From Mytilus edulis (Eukaryota), in contig NC_092349.1 of assembly GCF_963676685.1 (NCBI RefSeq), forward strand, positions 27,280,001 to 27,344,000: DNA of 64,000 nucleotides, written 5' to 3'. Shown in pieces: positions 24,781 to 36,783 of the stretch. A program made the position numbers and the translations under genes. Each line of letters starts with the position of its first letter. The stretch's first letter is position 1. The notes beneath the pieces are model-generated. The model searched no databases and had not been told where the DNA came from. It worked only from the letters and a program-made list of their open reading frames with translations.

Positions 24781-27700
24781 TTAATTTATATTGTGATGAA
24801 TGGGTCGCATGGGATGTATTAATGTTCTTTCTCTTAATATTGCTGGAATATCATCATCTCTGGCTATCTGATGTAAATCATCGTTGTTTACACGATTGGT
24901 CTTTCTTCTTCTCTATAAAAAGAAAATAAATTTAATAAATATATACTATTCCGAATTAAGTGTTTTAAAAAACATACAATCGCACAGAAGTTGCCATGCT
25001 TAGATCTATCTGTTGGAAGTGTTTGAGAGATTACTAGTAATCGAAACTTATTCTATTATATATTTTTTTTGAAACATTAAACCATACTAAGCGGTTGTAT
25101 CCCTATTTTTGGTGATATTTTTGGGCCATTTATGTCAGCATTTGTTGGATTACTTTGTTTGATATAATCTACAAAACAAAATAGTCAAATTCATCTAAGG
25201 TCAAACTTGCCCAAGAAAGTCGAAACCTTGTTTCTTCATTTATAAACGGAGAATTACTTGTTCAGCCAAAAAAAATATGGACGTTCATGTATTTGGTTTT
25301 GATGTTATATTGGTTATTCTCATCGGATTTTGTCTAATGTTTAGTCCGTTGCTGTGTGTGTTACATTTTAATGTTGTGTTGTTCTCCTCTAATATTTTAT
25401 GTGTTTCCCTCAGTATTAGTTTGTTAACCCGATTTTGTTTTTTGTCCATAGATTTATGAGTTTTGAACAGCGGTATACTACTGTTGCCTTTATTTAAAGT
25501 GTATTTTTTGTCGATTCCACAACACGAAATAAACTAGAGGCTCTTAAGAGCCTGTGTCGCTCACCTTGGTCTATGTGTATATTAAACAAAGGACACTGAT
25601 GCATTCATGACAAAAATGTGTTTTGGTGATGGTAATGTGTTTGTAGATCTTACTTTACTGAACATGCTTGCTTCTTACAATTATCTCAATTTATAATAAA
25701 CTTGGCCCATTAGTTAGAGGAAAATATTTTGTTAATATTTACAAAAAATTACAAAATTTACAAAATTATTAAAAATTGACTATAAATGGCAATAATTCCT
25801 TAAGGGGTCAACTGACCTTTTTGGTCAAGTTAACTTATTTGTGGATATTACTTTGCTGAACATCATTGCTGTTTACAGTTTATCTCCATCTATAATAATA
25901 TTCAAGATAATAACCAAAAACAGCAAAATTTCCTTCAAAATTTCCAATTCAGGAGCAGCAACCCAACAACCAGTTGTCGGATTCATCTGAAAATTTCATG
26001 GCAGATAGATTTTGACATGCAAAACAATTTAACTCCATGTCAGATTTGCTCTGAATGCTTTGGTTTCAGAGTTATAAGCCAAAATCTACATTTTACCCCT
26101 ATGTTCTATTTTTAGCCATGGCGGCCATCTTGGTTGATTGGCCGGGTCACGCCACACATTTTTAATTTAGATACCCCAATGATGATTTGTTTGGTTTAAT
26201 TTGGCCCAGTAGTTTCAGAGGAGAAGATTTTTGTAAAAGTTAACGACGACGGACGACGACGCAAAGTGATGAGAAAAGCTCACTTAGCCCTTCGGGCCAG
26301 GTGAACTAAAAACAATGAAGAACAATATGGTCATGTAGAAAAAAGTTTTGTTCTGTACATTCATTATAAAATTATACCTAGAAAAAAACAACCTTATATG
26401 GTGTGATGGATGTAACTTTAACATTGTCTATACCTTCTGTGCTATTCCTTTGACACATTGGACACAGGCCTGGAATTCAAAAAGAGTATTATTAGAACTA
26501 AGTTTAAAGGCAAATCAGTTCAGAATGGTCATGAAACATCTTTTTTTAAATCTACAAATCCTTGAATAGTATGTATGGTGTTTGGTGTTTTTTTTTCCAT
26601 ATATATCTGTACTTTTGAAAGATAAATCCTTGCAGATTTCTTTTTAATTTTGTACCCTTTTTTCTCTCTCGCATTGTTTACTTGTTCCCCTTCGTTCACA
26701 ACGTCTTCTGATTGTAAGTCCTTTTTCGAGGGGGGGGGGGGGGGCTTTCGGGTTGAGTTACGTATATTTTTTCGTCGATTCGGATTAAAGATAATTTGAA
26801 AGTTGATACGTGACGTTTTTCAATAGTTTTGATTAATGGCTTTAATCCATGAAATGCAGTCCGTGCCATGACTAATTTTTTAGCTATTGAATTATTGCAA
26901 GTTCGCTTAGTTGCATTATTATGAGATTTGAAAGTTTAGGCATAAAAACATAAGCATATAAAAAGACAAAATTCGTTTTTTATTTTTAACAGTGTGTTAC
27001 GTAGTACTTACATTTCTATTATAGAATATAATCACTGCTGCTAAAGCAAGGGCGACAACTCCTACTCCAGACAGTATATATGGCAAATAGTTAGTACGCT
27101 GTAACAATAACCATCACTGTCATGATTAATACCACGTTATCATGTAGCATTTATTCTTACAAATACACATTAATGCAAAGGATGGCGTAGTTTGGCAGTA
27201 TTTCAGATATTTATGAAATTATAGTGAATGCGTTTGGAACTTGCAAAACTGTTTCTGAATTTGAATGGAACCAATTAGTGCATGTATTTAAAATAATTTA
27301 ACGTTTTCTGAATATCGGAAAAAAAGCTATACGAGTAGTTTATTTACTTCCAGACATACACTCACTCAGTTCAAAATTTATATAATTATAAAATACATAC
27401 TGTACACCTGTCGCCTATTTTCACTTCAAACGAATAGCTATAATATAATCGAAAGTATATAATATCAGTAATACTTATTAATAATCTTGTATTAATTTAT
27501 GCGGGTTGTGTTTTTGCTAGATGTAACCTAATGTCATTGGTTGTGTATTTTTCTCATGACAGTAATGATCATGACTTACATGTATGTCCATCGTTTACAT
27601 TTTAGTAAACTTCTATTATACTACTTTGTGTGATTGATTTAATCATTTCTACACTAATATAATGTTTTTGAGTTAGTCCTCTAAAAAGGTTTTCCTCATA

Positions 27701-30700
27701 ATAATGTGTGCTTTTTACTATGCTCAACATATATACATGATATAATTAACATAGATACTCAAAAATGACAATCGTATTTCTAGTGAAATTATCAGACGAT
27801 GTAATAGTTGTAACGAATTTGAAGATGAATATCGTTTCTTTCTTTTTTGTCTTTGTAATTGTTTATTGAAAGTACAAAAAGATTCCAAATTTCGACACAA
27901 GATGTCGATCGGATCTTCATGATTTTTTGTCTGGTTAACTGTAGTTTACTGTTGACGACAAGTTTTCTTATTTTGTATACATTTATAGAAGCCTTTGTTC
28001 TTTATTAAATAGTGAGATAAAAGACCAAACTCTTCACTTGTTTAAACCTACATATGTCGGATAGATCAATCTCAAGTTCTTACTGAAAGAATAACTTAAG
28101 GTGGTACCCAACACCTTCACTAAAAATAATTTGGCTCGTTTAATTTTCAAAAATTTTTGACAAAGTATTTACTTTGACCCTTTGACAGAAATATAAAAAT
28201 TTCAAAAAATTTGAACCGACTAATTTATCAGAAAAATTACACTGGTTACATAACAGTTTGACTAACACTAATTTTGATCATTGAGAAGCTTAATATTCCC
28301 TAACCAATACAACGTAATTAAAACGTTCAGCTGATTTTACAGAGTTATCTCCTTGTAGTGTTAGGTACCACCTTAAGTCAACAATGTTGAGGTTATTAAA
28401 AGTATATTCATATTACTTGTTGTTAGAGTTTTGTGCCTGTTCGATATTTTCAATCTTGCACGTTGCAGTTGGGCGTTTTAGACAAGTAGCATTCGGACCG
28501 TGCTCGGGAGGATTTTCGCACAAAGTGTAGATTTCTTTTCCAAAGTAGACTTTTCCTTTGATTAAATTTATGAACTGAAAATAAATATAATAAAAAAAAG
28601 TAGCCATTATTTCAACATTGTATGGTGTATTGAACAATTGACCTAATGGCATGGTTAATCTCACTGCATCACTATTGAAATAAATTTCTTCATTGTCTAA
28701 ATGGAGATAACTGTCATTCCCTAAAGGGGCTAAAAGGTTATAGTGATCCTATAGATAATAATAAAAAGATGTGGCGTGCGCTTGCAATTGAAATGTTTCA
28801 TATTTTCATGGCGGGGCCTTTTATAGTCCACTATACACTATGGTATTTTCTCATTGTTTAAGGTCGTATGGTTGCATATACAAGTATATAAATTGCTTTT
28901 ATTCACTTTATTTGAATTTTGGTGGGTATACTTTTAGTTGTCTCATTTGCAATCATACCACATCGCCTTCTTTTTGTATTCACTAAAATATACTGAATAA
29001 TGCATTTATAATTATAGTATGTTTGTCGACCAATATTATACAATTATAATTACCTTTTCGCTGCACTTAAACACATGTTTATAGCCAATAATTGGTTCGA
29101 ATTTGTGTGAAAAGCAGGTGCTAGTTGCATTCATATCACAACTGAAATTATAAGAGACAAACATTTTAAGCAATTCTTGTTATAAAGATGTTTTACATAT
29201 GAGTGAAATTGTATCTTTTTATTATTAAAGGGACCTCCGTGGCTGAGGTCAAAGAAGTTGAAATACTGTACCACAAGCCAGCAGTCCAAAACTGAGGTTG
29301 TGCGTTCGAATCCTGCACGTGATAGGTGCAATCGACACTAATCTTAATTGATTATGATTGTCAGTTTTACTTCCATCAAAAACAATATCCGATTTTTGCT
29401 TGTCTGTAGTAAACTATGATCTTGTATAGCTGATTGTATACGAATATGATTTTGCTCATTGTTGAAAGCTGTATTTAAACATAGCTACATATAGAGTTAA
29501 ATCGGGTCATTTTGGACATTGACAATCATACCACATCACCTTAGTTTTATATTTCAATTCAATTCAATTCAAAGTTTTATTGCCATATAAACTTTACAGT
29601 TTGTGACATATAACAAAAACAAAAACAAATAAAAGACAATAACTAAGTAACTCAATATATATATATATGTGTATATTACATTAATTTGTATATAATTATT
29701 TTCTGTGACTGTATATTACATTAATTTGTAGGGTCCTTTACTATAGATAATTTAGCTGATCTGTAACAATAACATCTTCATGCCTTATATATCATGTACT
29801 GTAGTACGCCGCTAGATTAAAACTGACGAGGAAAGGTAACACACAATGTAATATACAGTCACAGAAAATAATTATATACAAATTAATGTAATATACATAT
29901 ATATATATATATTGAGTTACTTAGTTATTGTCTTTTATTTGTTTTTGTTTTTGTTATATGTCACAAACTGTAAAGTTTATATGGCAATAAAACTTTGAAT
30001 TGAATTGAATTGTGTATATATACATATACAACTCGTCTAAACATCAACCCAACAATGTTAGATCTGTAAATTTGCTTTCGCAAATTTTTGGTTCTTCCCT
30101 CGCTGGGATTCGAACTCATGCTACTGTGATATCGTGACACCAAATCGCCTGCACTGCAGCCGTCCCGCTAGACCACACGACCACCTGGGCTCTCAAAAAA
30201 AAAAATTTCGCTGGCCGTGTGTTACCTTTCCTCGTCAGTTTTAATCTAGCGGCGTACTACAGTACATGATATATAAGGCATGAAGATGTTATTGTTACAG
30301 ATCAGCTAAATTATCTATAGTAAAGGACCCTACAAATTAATGTAATATACAGTCACAGAAAATAATTATATTTATAAGTACGTCTGAGTCAGTGACAACT
30401 CTACAACAGATGTATCCATCGGATCGCCATCAATGATGGTGATACAGCAAATTTACAGATCTAACATTGTTGGGTTGATGTTTAGACGAGTTGTATATAC
30501 ATTATGTACACAGCCATGTATCACCATCATTGATGGCGATCCGATGGATACATCTGTTGTAGAGTTGTCACTGACTCAGACGTACTTATAAATATAATTA
30601 TTTTCTGTGACTGTATATTACATTAATTTGTAGGATCCTTTACTATAGATAATTTAGCTGATCTGTAACAATAACATCTTCATGCCTTATATATCATGTA

Positions 30701-33011
30701 CTGTAGTACGCTGCTAGATTAAAACTGACGAGGAAAGGTAACACACGGCCAGCGAAAGCTCTTTTTTTTTGAGAGCCCAGGTGGTCGTGTGGTTTAGCGG
30801 GACGGCTGCAGTGCAGGCAATTTGGTGTCACGATATCACAGTAGCATGGGTTCGAATCCCGGCGAGGGAAGAACCAAAATTTGCGAAAGCAAATTTACAG
30901 ATCTAACATTGTTGGGTTGATGTTTAGACGAGTTGTATATACATTATGTACACAGCCATGTATCACCATCATTGATGGCGATCCGATGGATACATCTGTT
31001 GTAGAGTTGTCACTGACTCAGACGTATATTTATATATATATATATATATATACAACTCGTCTAAACATCAACCCAACAATGTTAGATCTGTAAATTTGCT
31101 TTCGCAAATTTTTGGTTCTTCCCTCGCCGGGATTCGAACCCATGCTACTGTGATATCGTGACACCAAATCGCCTGCACTGCAGCCGTCCCGCTAGACTAC
31201 ACGACCACCTGGGCTCTCAAAAAAGAGCTTTCGCTGGCCGTGTGTTACCTTTCCACGTCAGTTTTGATCTAGCGGCGTACTGCAGTACATGATATTTAAG
31301 GCATGAAGATGTTATTGTTACAGATCAGCTAAATTATCTATAGTAAAGGATCCTACAAATTAATGTAAGATACAGTCACAGAATATATATATATACAAAT
31401 TAAGGTAAAATTAAAGGGTCCCCTGTCCTCAGTTCCATTTACTTCTTTATAAAGGATCCTAGTTTATTCACTTGTGTTGCTGTTGATGGGTGAAGTATAT
31501 ATATATATATATTGGTATTTTGTTTATTTCTGTTTAGATACTAGTTTGCAGTAGACTCGATATTTTGGAAGTTTGTAATTTACATTAAAGTAAGGGGAAC
31601 AAACCTTACAAATTCTGCCCAATAGTTAAGTTTTATACTTAGTGAGAAAAAAAATCACAGAAATAACGAACTCCAAGGAAAGTTCAAAACGCAAAGTCCC
31701 AAATCAAATGACAAAATCAAAAGCTCAATCACATCGAGCGAATGGATAACAACTGTCATATTCTTGACTTGGTACAGGCAATTATTCATGCAGAAAATAG
31801 TGGATTAAACCTTAATTGTGTTATAGCTAGCTAAAGCTTTCACTCGTATGGTAGTCGTATAGAATTCCATATGTGAACAAAACTAACAGAAATAATAGGT
31901 TGAAATGTCAAAATAGGGGTACAACATTAAAAATTGTATTATTATAATCATAATCACTATAAAACACAAAAGGGTATATAGGCAAGGCACATAAGCAAAA
32001 AAGAAAGACAAAAATACAAAAACTTAGCATAGCACAATTATAACACAATGTCGGGATGTACAAATACAGAGCCACGTCAAATGGATATAACACAAAATAC
32101 ATTAAACAATAAAAGAAATATTGAATTAAAAGAATACTATTAACACCGTGTATTATTATGTGAAGTTAATACGGAATATTTATTAACAAGGTATCTTCCG
32201 ATGAACTTTTTTTTTTAAAAGGACGAGACGTTCTTTGACATAACCCTGGTTCATCAACTTTCAACTCAGACACTAGTGGAGTTTAACAAAGTCTGAGTAG
32301 TAGCTGCAAGCTCTTGAATAATGACCGAATAAGTAAGGAAATGTATATATACAATATACAGGCGAAGTTGGTATATTGCTGGAAAAATGATAATTTTAAA
32401 ATTAAAATCGTCTCTTTTGCCATAGTGGCTGGTTCTGAGATGACCGTGTATGTCAAATTCGAGGTATTAGTCCTAAAAAAAAGGCTGAGGAAGCCGTGTC
32501 TGTTGATTTTTTTATTTCTAGTTCTGGGGGATCTATTAATGGAACCCAATCAGAAAATTTTGTGTTGGTAATGGAAAGAACTTCATAAATACCTATATGA
32601 ATGTGACATTAAACGACAAGGCTTTTTTTTTATCTTCTTGTTTTAGATAAGTGTCGTAAGGAACTCCAATTCATATGAAAATAAAAAGAGGTCGGCAAGG
32701 AAAAAGTATATCTACAGTTACATTTTTCCACATGAGCGTTTTAAAATATCCCTATATACCAACAAGAACACATTATTGCAACATCATTAATGTAGAGATA
32801 ATTTGTGAACATTTGGTATAAAAGAACATATAATTTTACGAAACCTTATTTATGTTATAGAACAATATTATGTTCTGATGTGTTTTGAAAAACAAAATAC
32901 TAACCCACGGCCAGTACATACTTCGATTGTCACGTTATCACAAGACCCGGGACACGATGCGCTTAAAATTTCGATACTCGTCCCTTGGATGAAATCTGTA
33001 TATCTAAACAA
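24781..33011 (-). CDS. Cys-rich single-pass membrane protein, 5' end unresolved (exons 33011-32905, 29141-29054, 28574-28417, 28082-28052, 27098-27012, 24912-24781)
   Basis: Six GT-AG exons join in compatible phases: LFRYTDFIQGTSIEILSASCPGSCDNVTIEVCTGRGCDMNATSTCFSHKFEPIIGYKHVFKCSEKFINLIKGKVYFGKEIYTLCENPPEHGPNATCLKRPTATCKIENIEQAQNSNNNKNLRLIYPTYRTNYLPYILSGVGVVALALAAVIIFYNRNRRRKTNRV...NIN*. The TM segment is followed by RRRK. Confidence 0.65.
25533..26311 (-). mobile_element. Helentron-associated (HINE/pearl-like) element, single core
   Basis: Minus strand begins tttttagttcacctggcccgaagggctaagtgagc plus a (GTC)-type microsatellite and ends with the hairpin aggctcttaagagcct. Inserted at a T-rich site. 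Confidence 0.8.
28100..28372. mobile_element. Kolobok-like MITE, TTAA TSD
   Basis: TTAA|GGTGGTACCCAACAC ... GTGTTAGGTACCACC|TTAA. Confidence 0.85.
29230..29372 (+). mobile_element. tRNA-headed SINE fragment
   Basis: A-box-like TGGCTGAGG and B-box GTTCGAATCC. No complete cloverleaf. Confidence 0.7.
29670..31396. mobile_element. Array of a 442-bp tRNA-promoter-containing repeat in alternating orientations, bounded by (TA)n
   Basis: Partial + copy 29690-29844, - copy 30025-30446, + 1.3 units 30447-31026 (period 442), - copy 31050-31383. A-box TGGTCGTGTGG at 30782 and B-box GGTTCGAATCC at 30849. Confidence 0.85.
31645..32720 (-). mobile_element. Decayed Penelope-like element fragment
   Basis: Same family as 21790-23250 (LADLFLFSYELEFL, RYL..VL, YLEFD-like remnants). 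Confidence 0.7.
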
Positions 33012-33937
33012 CTGAAAAGATAACCAAAATATAGTATAGTTGAGTGATAAAATGGTTTATTAGGTTAAAAGATCTCAATGTACAAATATTTTTTTTTTAA
33101 TTTGCTGTCTCATTGACTTATATCCCAGTTCTCCTTTATACATTTCGGTTCAAAACTGGGAGTTATAACCCAATTGAAAAATATAAATAGTATTGATATC
33201 AGTATGTTAACTCAACACAGATATCATTCAGGATTATACTTTTGCACGAAACTCACTAGGGACGCTCGAATGAAAAAAGTTATAAAGGCAAAATAAAGAA
33301 CAAAGTTGAAGGTCCCAAAATTCCGTACGATTTTGCCAAATACAATTCCGAAAAATTCAAAGTTTATACGAGCCTCTAAAACGCACGAGTTGCTCATCTC
33401 GCAAAAGTATATGTGCCATATACATATAGATCTACGCTATAAAAAGTATAAAAAAAATATTTACTAAGTACTGTTCAAAAACTTTATTCAGATAAGTTTG
33501 CCAGTTTTGTTTATCAAACATAAGAGATTGCATGTTATCCAAACACCACAAGTTTTAATCGTTCACAATTTTTTTACTACGGAATCTTTGGTCAAGACTC
33601 AGTCTAGACCTGTAATGACTGTTACGTTGTATTTCTACAGCAAGTGTTCAGTTTCAGGAAAACAGTATTTGACCCAATAAGATATTTCACTAATTTTAAT
33701 ATTTCAAATGTATTTTATTTGAGTGACGGTTTGATTTATATCCAAATGTTACGATAACGGTTCAATATTATCAATATTGGTCATAATTATTTGTAAAAAG
33801 CAAGCCTATACATATACAATTATTTAGTAAACCAGGTGTATTTTAAAAGAGGTTATCAAGTAATTAGAAAGTGGTTGGATACAACTGTTCATTTAAGGAC
33901 ACATAATTTCTTTCGAAGAGATTATCCGCATCCAAAA

Positions 33938-34037
33938 NNNNNNNNNNNNNNNNNNNNNNNNNNNNNNNNNNNNNNNNNNNNNNNNNNNNNNNNNNNNNNN
34001 NNNNNNNNNNNNNNNNNNNNNNNNNNNNNNNNNNNNN
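33938..34037. other. Assembly gap (100 N)
   Basis: Run of N. Confidence 1.
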
Positions 34038-34097
34038 AACACCGGGACCGCTGGAGCGGAGGAAGCTGAATCAATTAATTATTTAAACTCAACATCG

Positions 34098-34553
34098 ATG
34101 GTAAATGCTTCTTTAAACATATCAGGAATTGAGGAACAAACAAGCTTTCATTGCACGTATTGTAGTTATAAAACACATAATAAAAGTAACTTTAACAAGC
34201 ATAAGAAAGATGTCAACTGTTCGTCAAACAAGCCAGTGCCAGTGCCGAATGAAAAGAAATTCATATGCCATCGCTGTACCAAAGAATACAAAACCAAATA
34301 TGAACTAAGCCTCCATTGTAAAAAACATGATAACATGTTCCAGTACAGATGTGATAGTTGTCAGAAAGGATATAATCAAATGGCTCAGTTCAAAGCACAT
34401 CTTGTAAGCCACACAAGAGCCCTTGGGGAGAAATGTAACACGTGTAAAAAGTATAAGCCGTCCTTGTTCTCTACATACTTCAGGAATTTAACGAACATTT
34501 TTCAAGGTTCTCGCCTCCCCAGTTGTCTTTCGTACCTTTATCACAAGGATTGA
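34098..34553 (+). CDS. C2H2 zinc-finger ORF fragment (about 3.5 fingers), probably truncated or pseudogene/TE-borne
   Basis: CTYC..H, CHRC-x12-H-x3-H, CDSC-x12-H-x3-H, then CNTC followed by non-finger sequence. Confidence 0.6.
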   Translation: MVNASLNISGIEEQTSFHCTYCSYKTHNKSNFNKHKKDVNCSSNKPVPVPNEKKFICHRCTKEYKTKYELSLHCKKHDNMFQYRCDSCQKGYNQMAQFKAHLVSHTRALGEKCNTCKKYKPSLFSTYFRNLTNIFQGSRLPSCLSYLYHKD

Positions 34554-35070
34554 ATGTTCAATTATCCCATGTTCTATGCTTGATGTGAAGGTGTCAAGCT
34601 TACATTCACAGTATGGACAGGAAAAGTATGGACTATCTATTACATTTAGACTGAAAAGCATCACAGTAAATAAAAAATCACCTTTACATCAACTTTATCA
34701 AAAACATGTGCATTATATGAATTTTTTGTAAGTCGCAAAATCAAACGCGATTAACATGCCCAGGAACGTCAATGTTACCTTGGAATTTTATTCTTAATAC
34801 ATGATTCCTCAATAAATTTCCCCAATAGATATTTTGTTTTCACACTGAAAGCTAAAATATTTCAAGAAATAGGCGAGAAACGGGATTGCACATGATGCGA
34901 ATTGAAGTGAATTGCCTACACACCGTACAGTTTATATCAAATTATTTTCTATTCACCGTACACACCTGAGGCTGTACACCGTACACAAAAACTTTTTTTT
35001 CACACTTGTTTTTTACCCAAAATGCTTAATGGAATGAGTTATCTAAGGTAGGTTTATGATTTTTTATGAT

Positions 35071-36612
35071 CAGTAACCCAGGAGGTACACTCAAATGGCT
35101 GGGTGCAGCACAGTAACCAAGGAGGTACACTCAAATAACTGCATGCAGCACAGTTACTCAGGAGGTATACTCAAATGACTATATGCAGCACCGTAACTAA
35201 GGAGGTACACTCAAATGACTAAGTGCAGCACAGTAACCAAGGAGGTACACTCAAATGACTTTGTGCAGCACAGTAACCCAGGAGGTACACTCAAATGACG
35301 GTGTGTATTACAGTAACCCAGGAGGTACACTCAAATGGCTGGGTGCAGCACAGTAACCAAGGAGGTACACTCAAATAACTGCATGCAGCACAGTTACTCA
35401 GGAGGTATATTCAAATGACTATATGCAGCACCGTAACTAAGGAGGTACACTCAAATGACTAAGTGCAGCACAGTAACCCAGGAGGTACACTCAAATGACT
35501 ATGTGCAGCACAGTAACCCAGGAGGTACACTCAAATGACTAAGTGCAGCACAGTAACCTAGGAGGTACACTCAAATGACTGTGTGCAGCACATTAACCAA
35601 GGAGGTACACTCAAATGACTGTGTGCAGCACAGTAACCAAGGAGGTACACTCAAATGACTGCATGCAGCACAGTAACCCATGAGGTACACTCATATGACT
35701 GCATGCAGCACAGTAACCCAGGAGGTACACTCAAATTACTGCCTGCAGCACAGTAACCCAGGAGGTACACTCAAGTTACTGCCTGCAGCACAGTAAACCA
35801 GGAGAAACACTTAAATGACTGCATGCAGCACAGTAACCCAGGAAGTACATTCAAATAACTGTGTGCAGCACAGTAACACAGGAAGTACACTCAAATGACT
35901 GTGTGAAGCACAGTAACACAGGAGGTACATCCAAATGACTGTGTGCAGCACAGTTACCAAGGAGGTACACTCAAATGACTCTATGCAGTACAGTAACCCA
36001 GGAGGTACACTCAAATGACTCTGTGTAGTACAGTAACCCAGGAGGTACACTCAAATGACTCTGTGCAATACAGTACCCCAGGAGGTACACTCAAATGACT
36101 CTGTGCAGCATAGTAACCCAGGAAGTACACTTAAATGACTATATGCAGTACAGTAACCCAGGAGGTACACTCAAATGACTAAGTGTAGCACAGTAACCCA
36201 GGATGTATACTCAAATGACAGCATGCATCACAGTATCCAAGGAGGTACACTCAAATGACTAAGTGCAGCACAGTAACCTAGGAGGTACACTCAAATGATT
36301 GTATGCAGCACAGTAACCAAGGAGGTAAACTCAAATAACTGCGTGCAGCACCGTAACCAAGGATGTACACTCATATGACTACATTCAGCACAGGAACAAG
36401 GAGGTACACTCAAATAACTGCGTGCAGCACAGTGACCCAGGAGGTACACTCAAATGACTACATGCAGCACAGTAACCCCGGAATACACTGAAATGTCTCT
36501 GTGCAGCATAGTTACCCAAGAAATACATGCAAATAACTGCATGCAGGACAGTAATCCAAGAGGTACACTCGAATGAATGTGTGCAGCACAGTGACACAGT
36601 AGGTACACTCAA
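35071..36612. repeat. 40-bp satellite, about 38 copies
   Basis: Unit cagtaacccaggaggtacactcaaatgactgtgtgcagca. Confidence 0.97.
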
Positions 36613-36783
36613 GCATAGTAACCATTGAAGTACATGTACACTCGAGCATTTTAAAGACTATCCAGTATTGCTTTTTTCACTTCTGAAGACCATAAAGTCG
36701 ACTGTTATTGCAATTATCCACTTGATTTGAACTTCTATGGATAGTGGTGTCATTAGCAATCATACCTACATTTCCTTACTTTA

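Noticed and set aside
30725-30778. CTGACGA...CGAAA as a hammerhead core in the 442-bp unit
   Set aside because: No stem II, no UH cleavage triplet after stem III, and another copy reads CTGACGT.
30775-30870. Functional tRNA gene (also 30100-30190, 31121-31215, 29230-29320)
   Set aside because: A/B boxes are present, but acceptor and anticodon stems do not form and the sequence is embedded in repeats.
33300-33560. Candidate first exons for the minus-strand membrane gene (e.g. MQSLMFDKQNW...)
   Set aside because: No signal peptide and ambiguous donors, so none could be supported.
35071-36612. CRISPR-like array or Cys-rich ORFs in the 40-bp repeat (also the 37-bp array at 16663)
   Set aside because: Eukaryotic DNA with contiguous units and no unique spacers. 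The ORFs are repeat artefacts.
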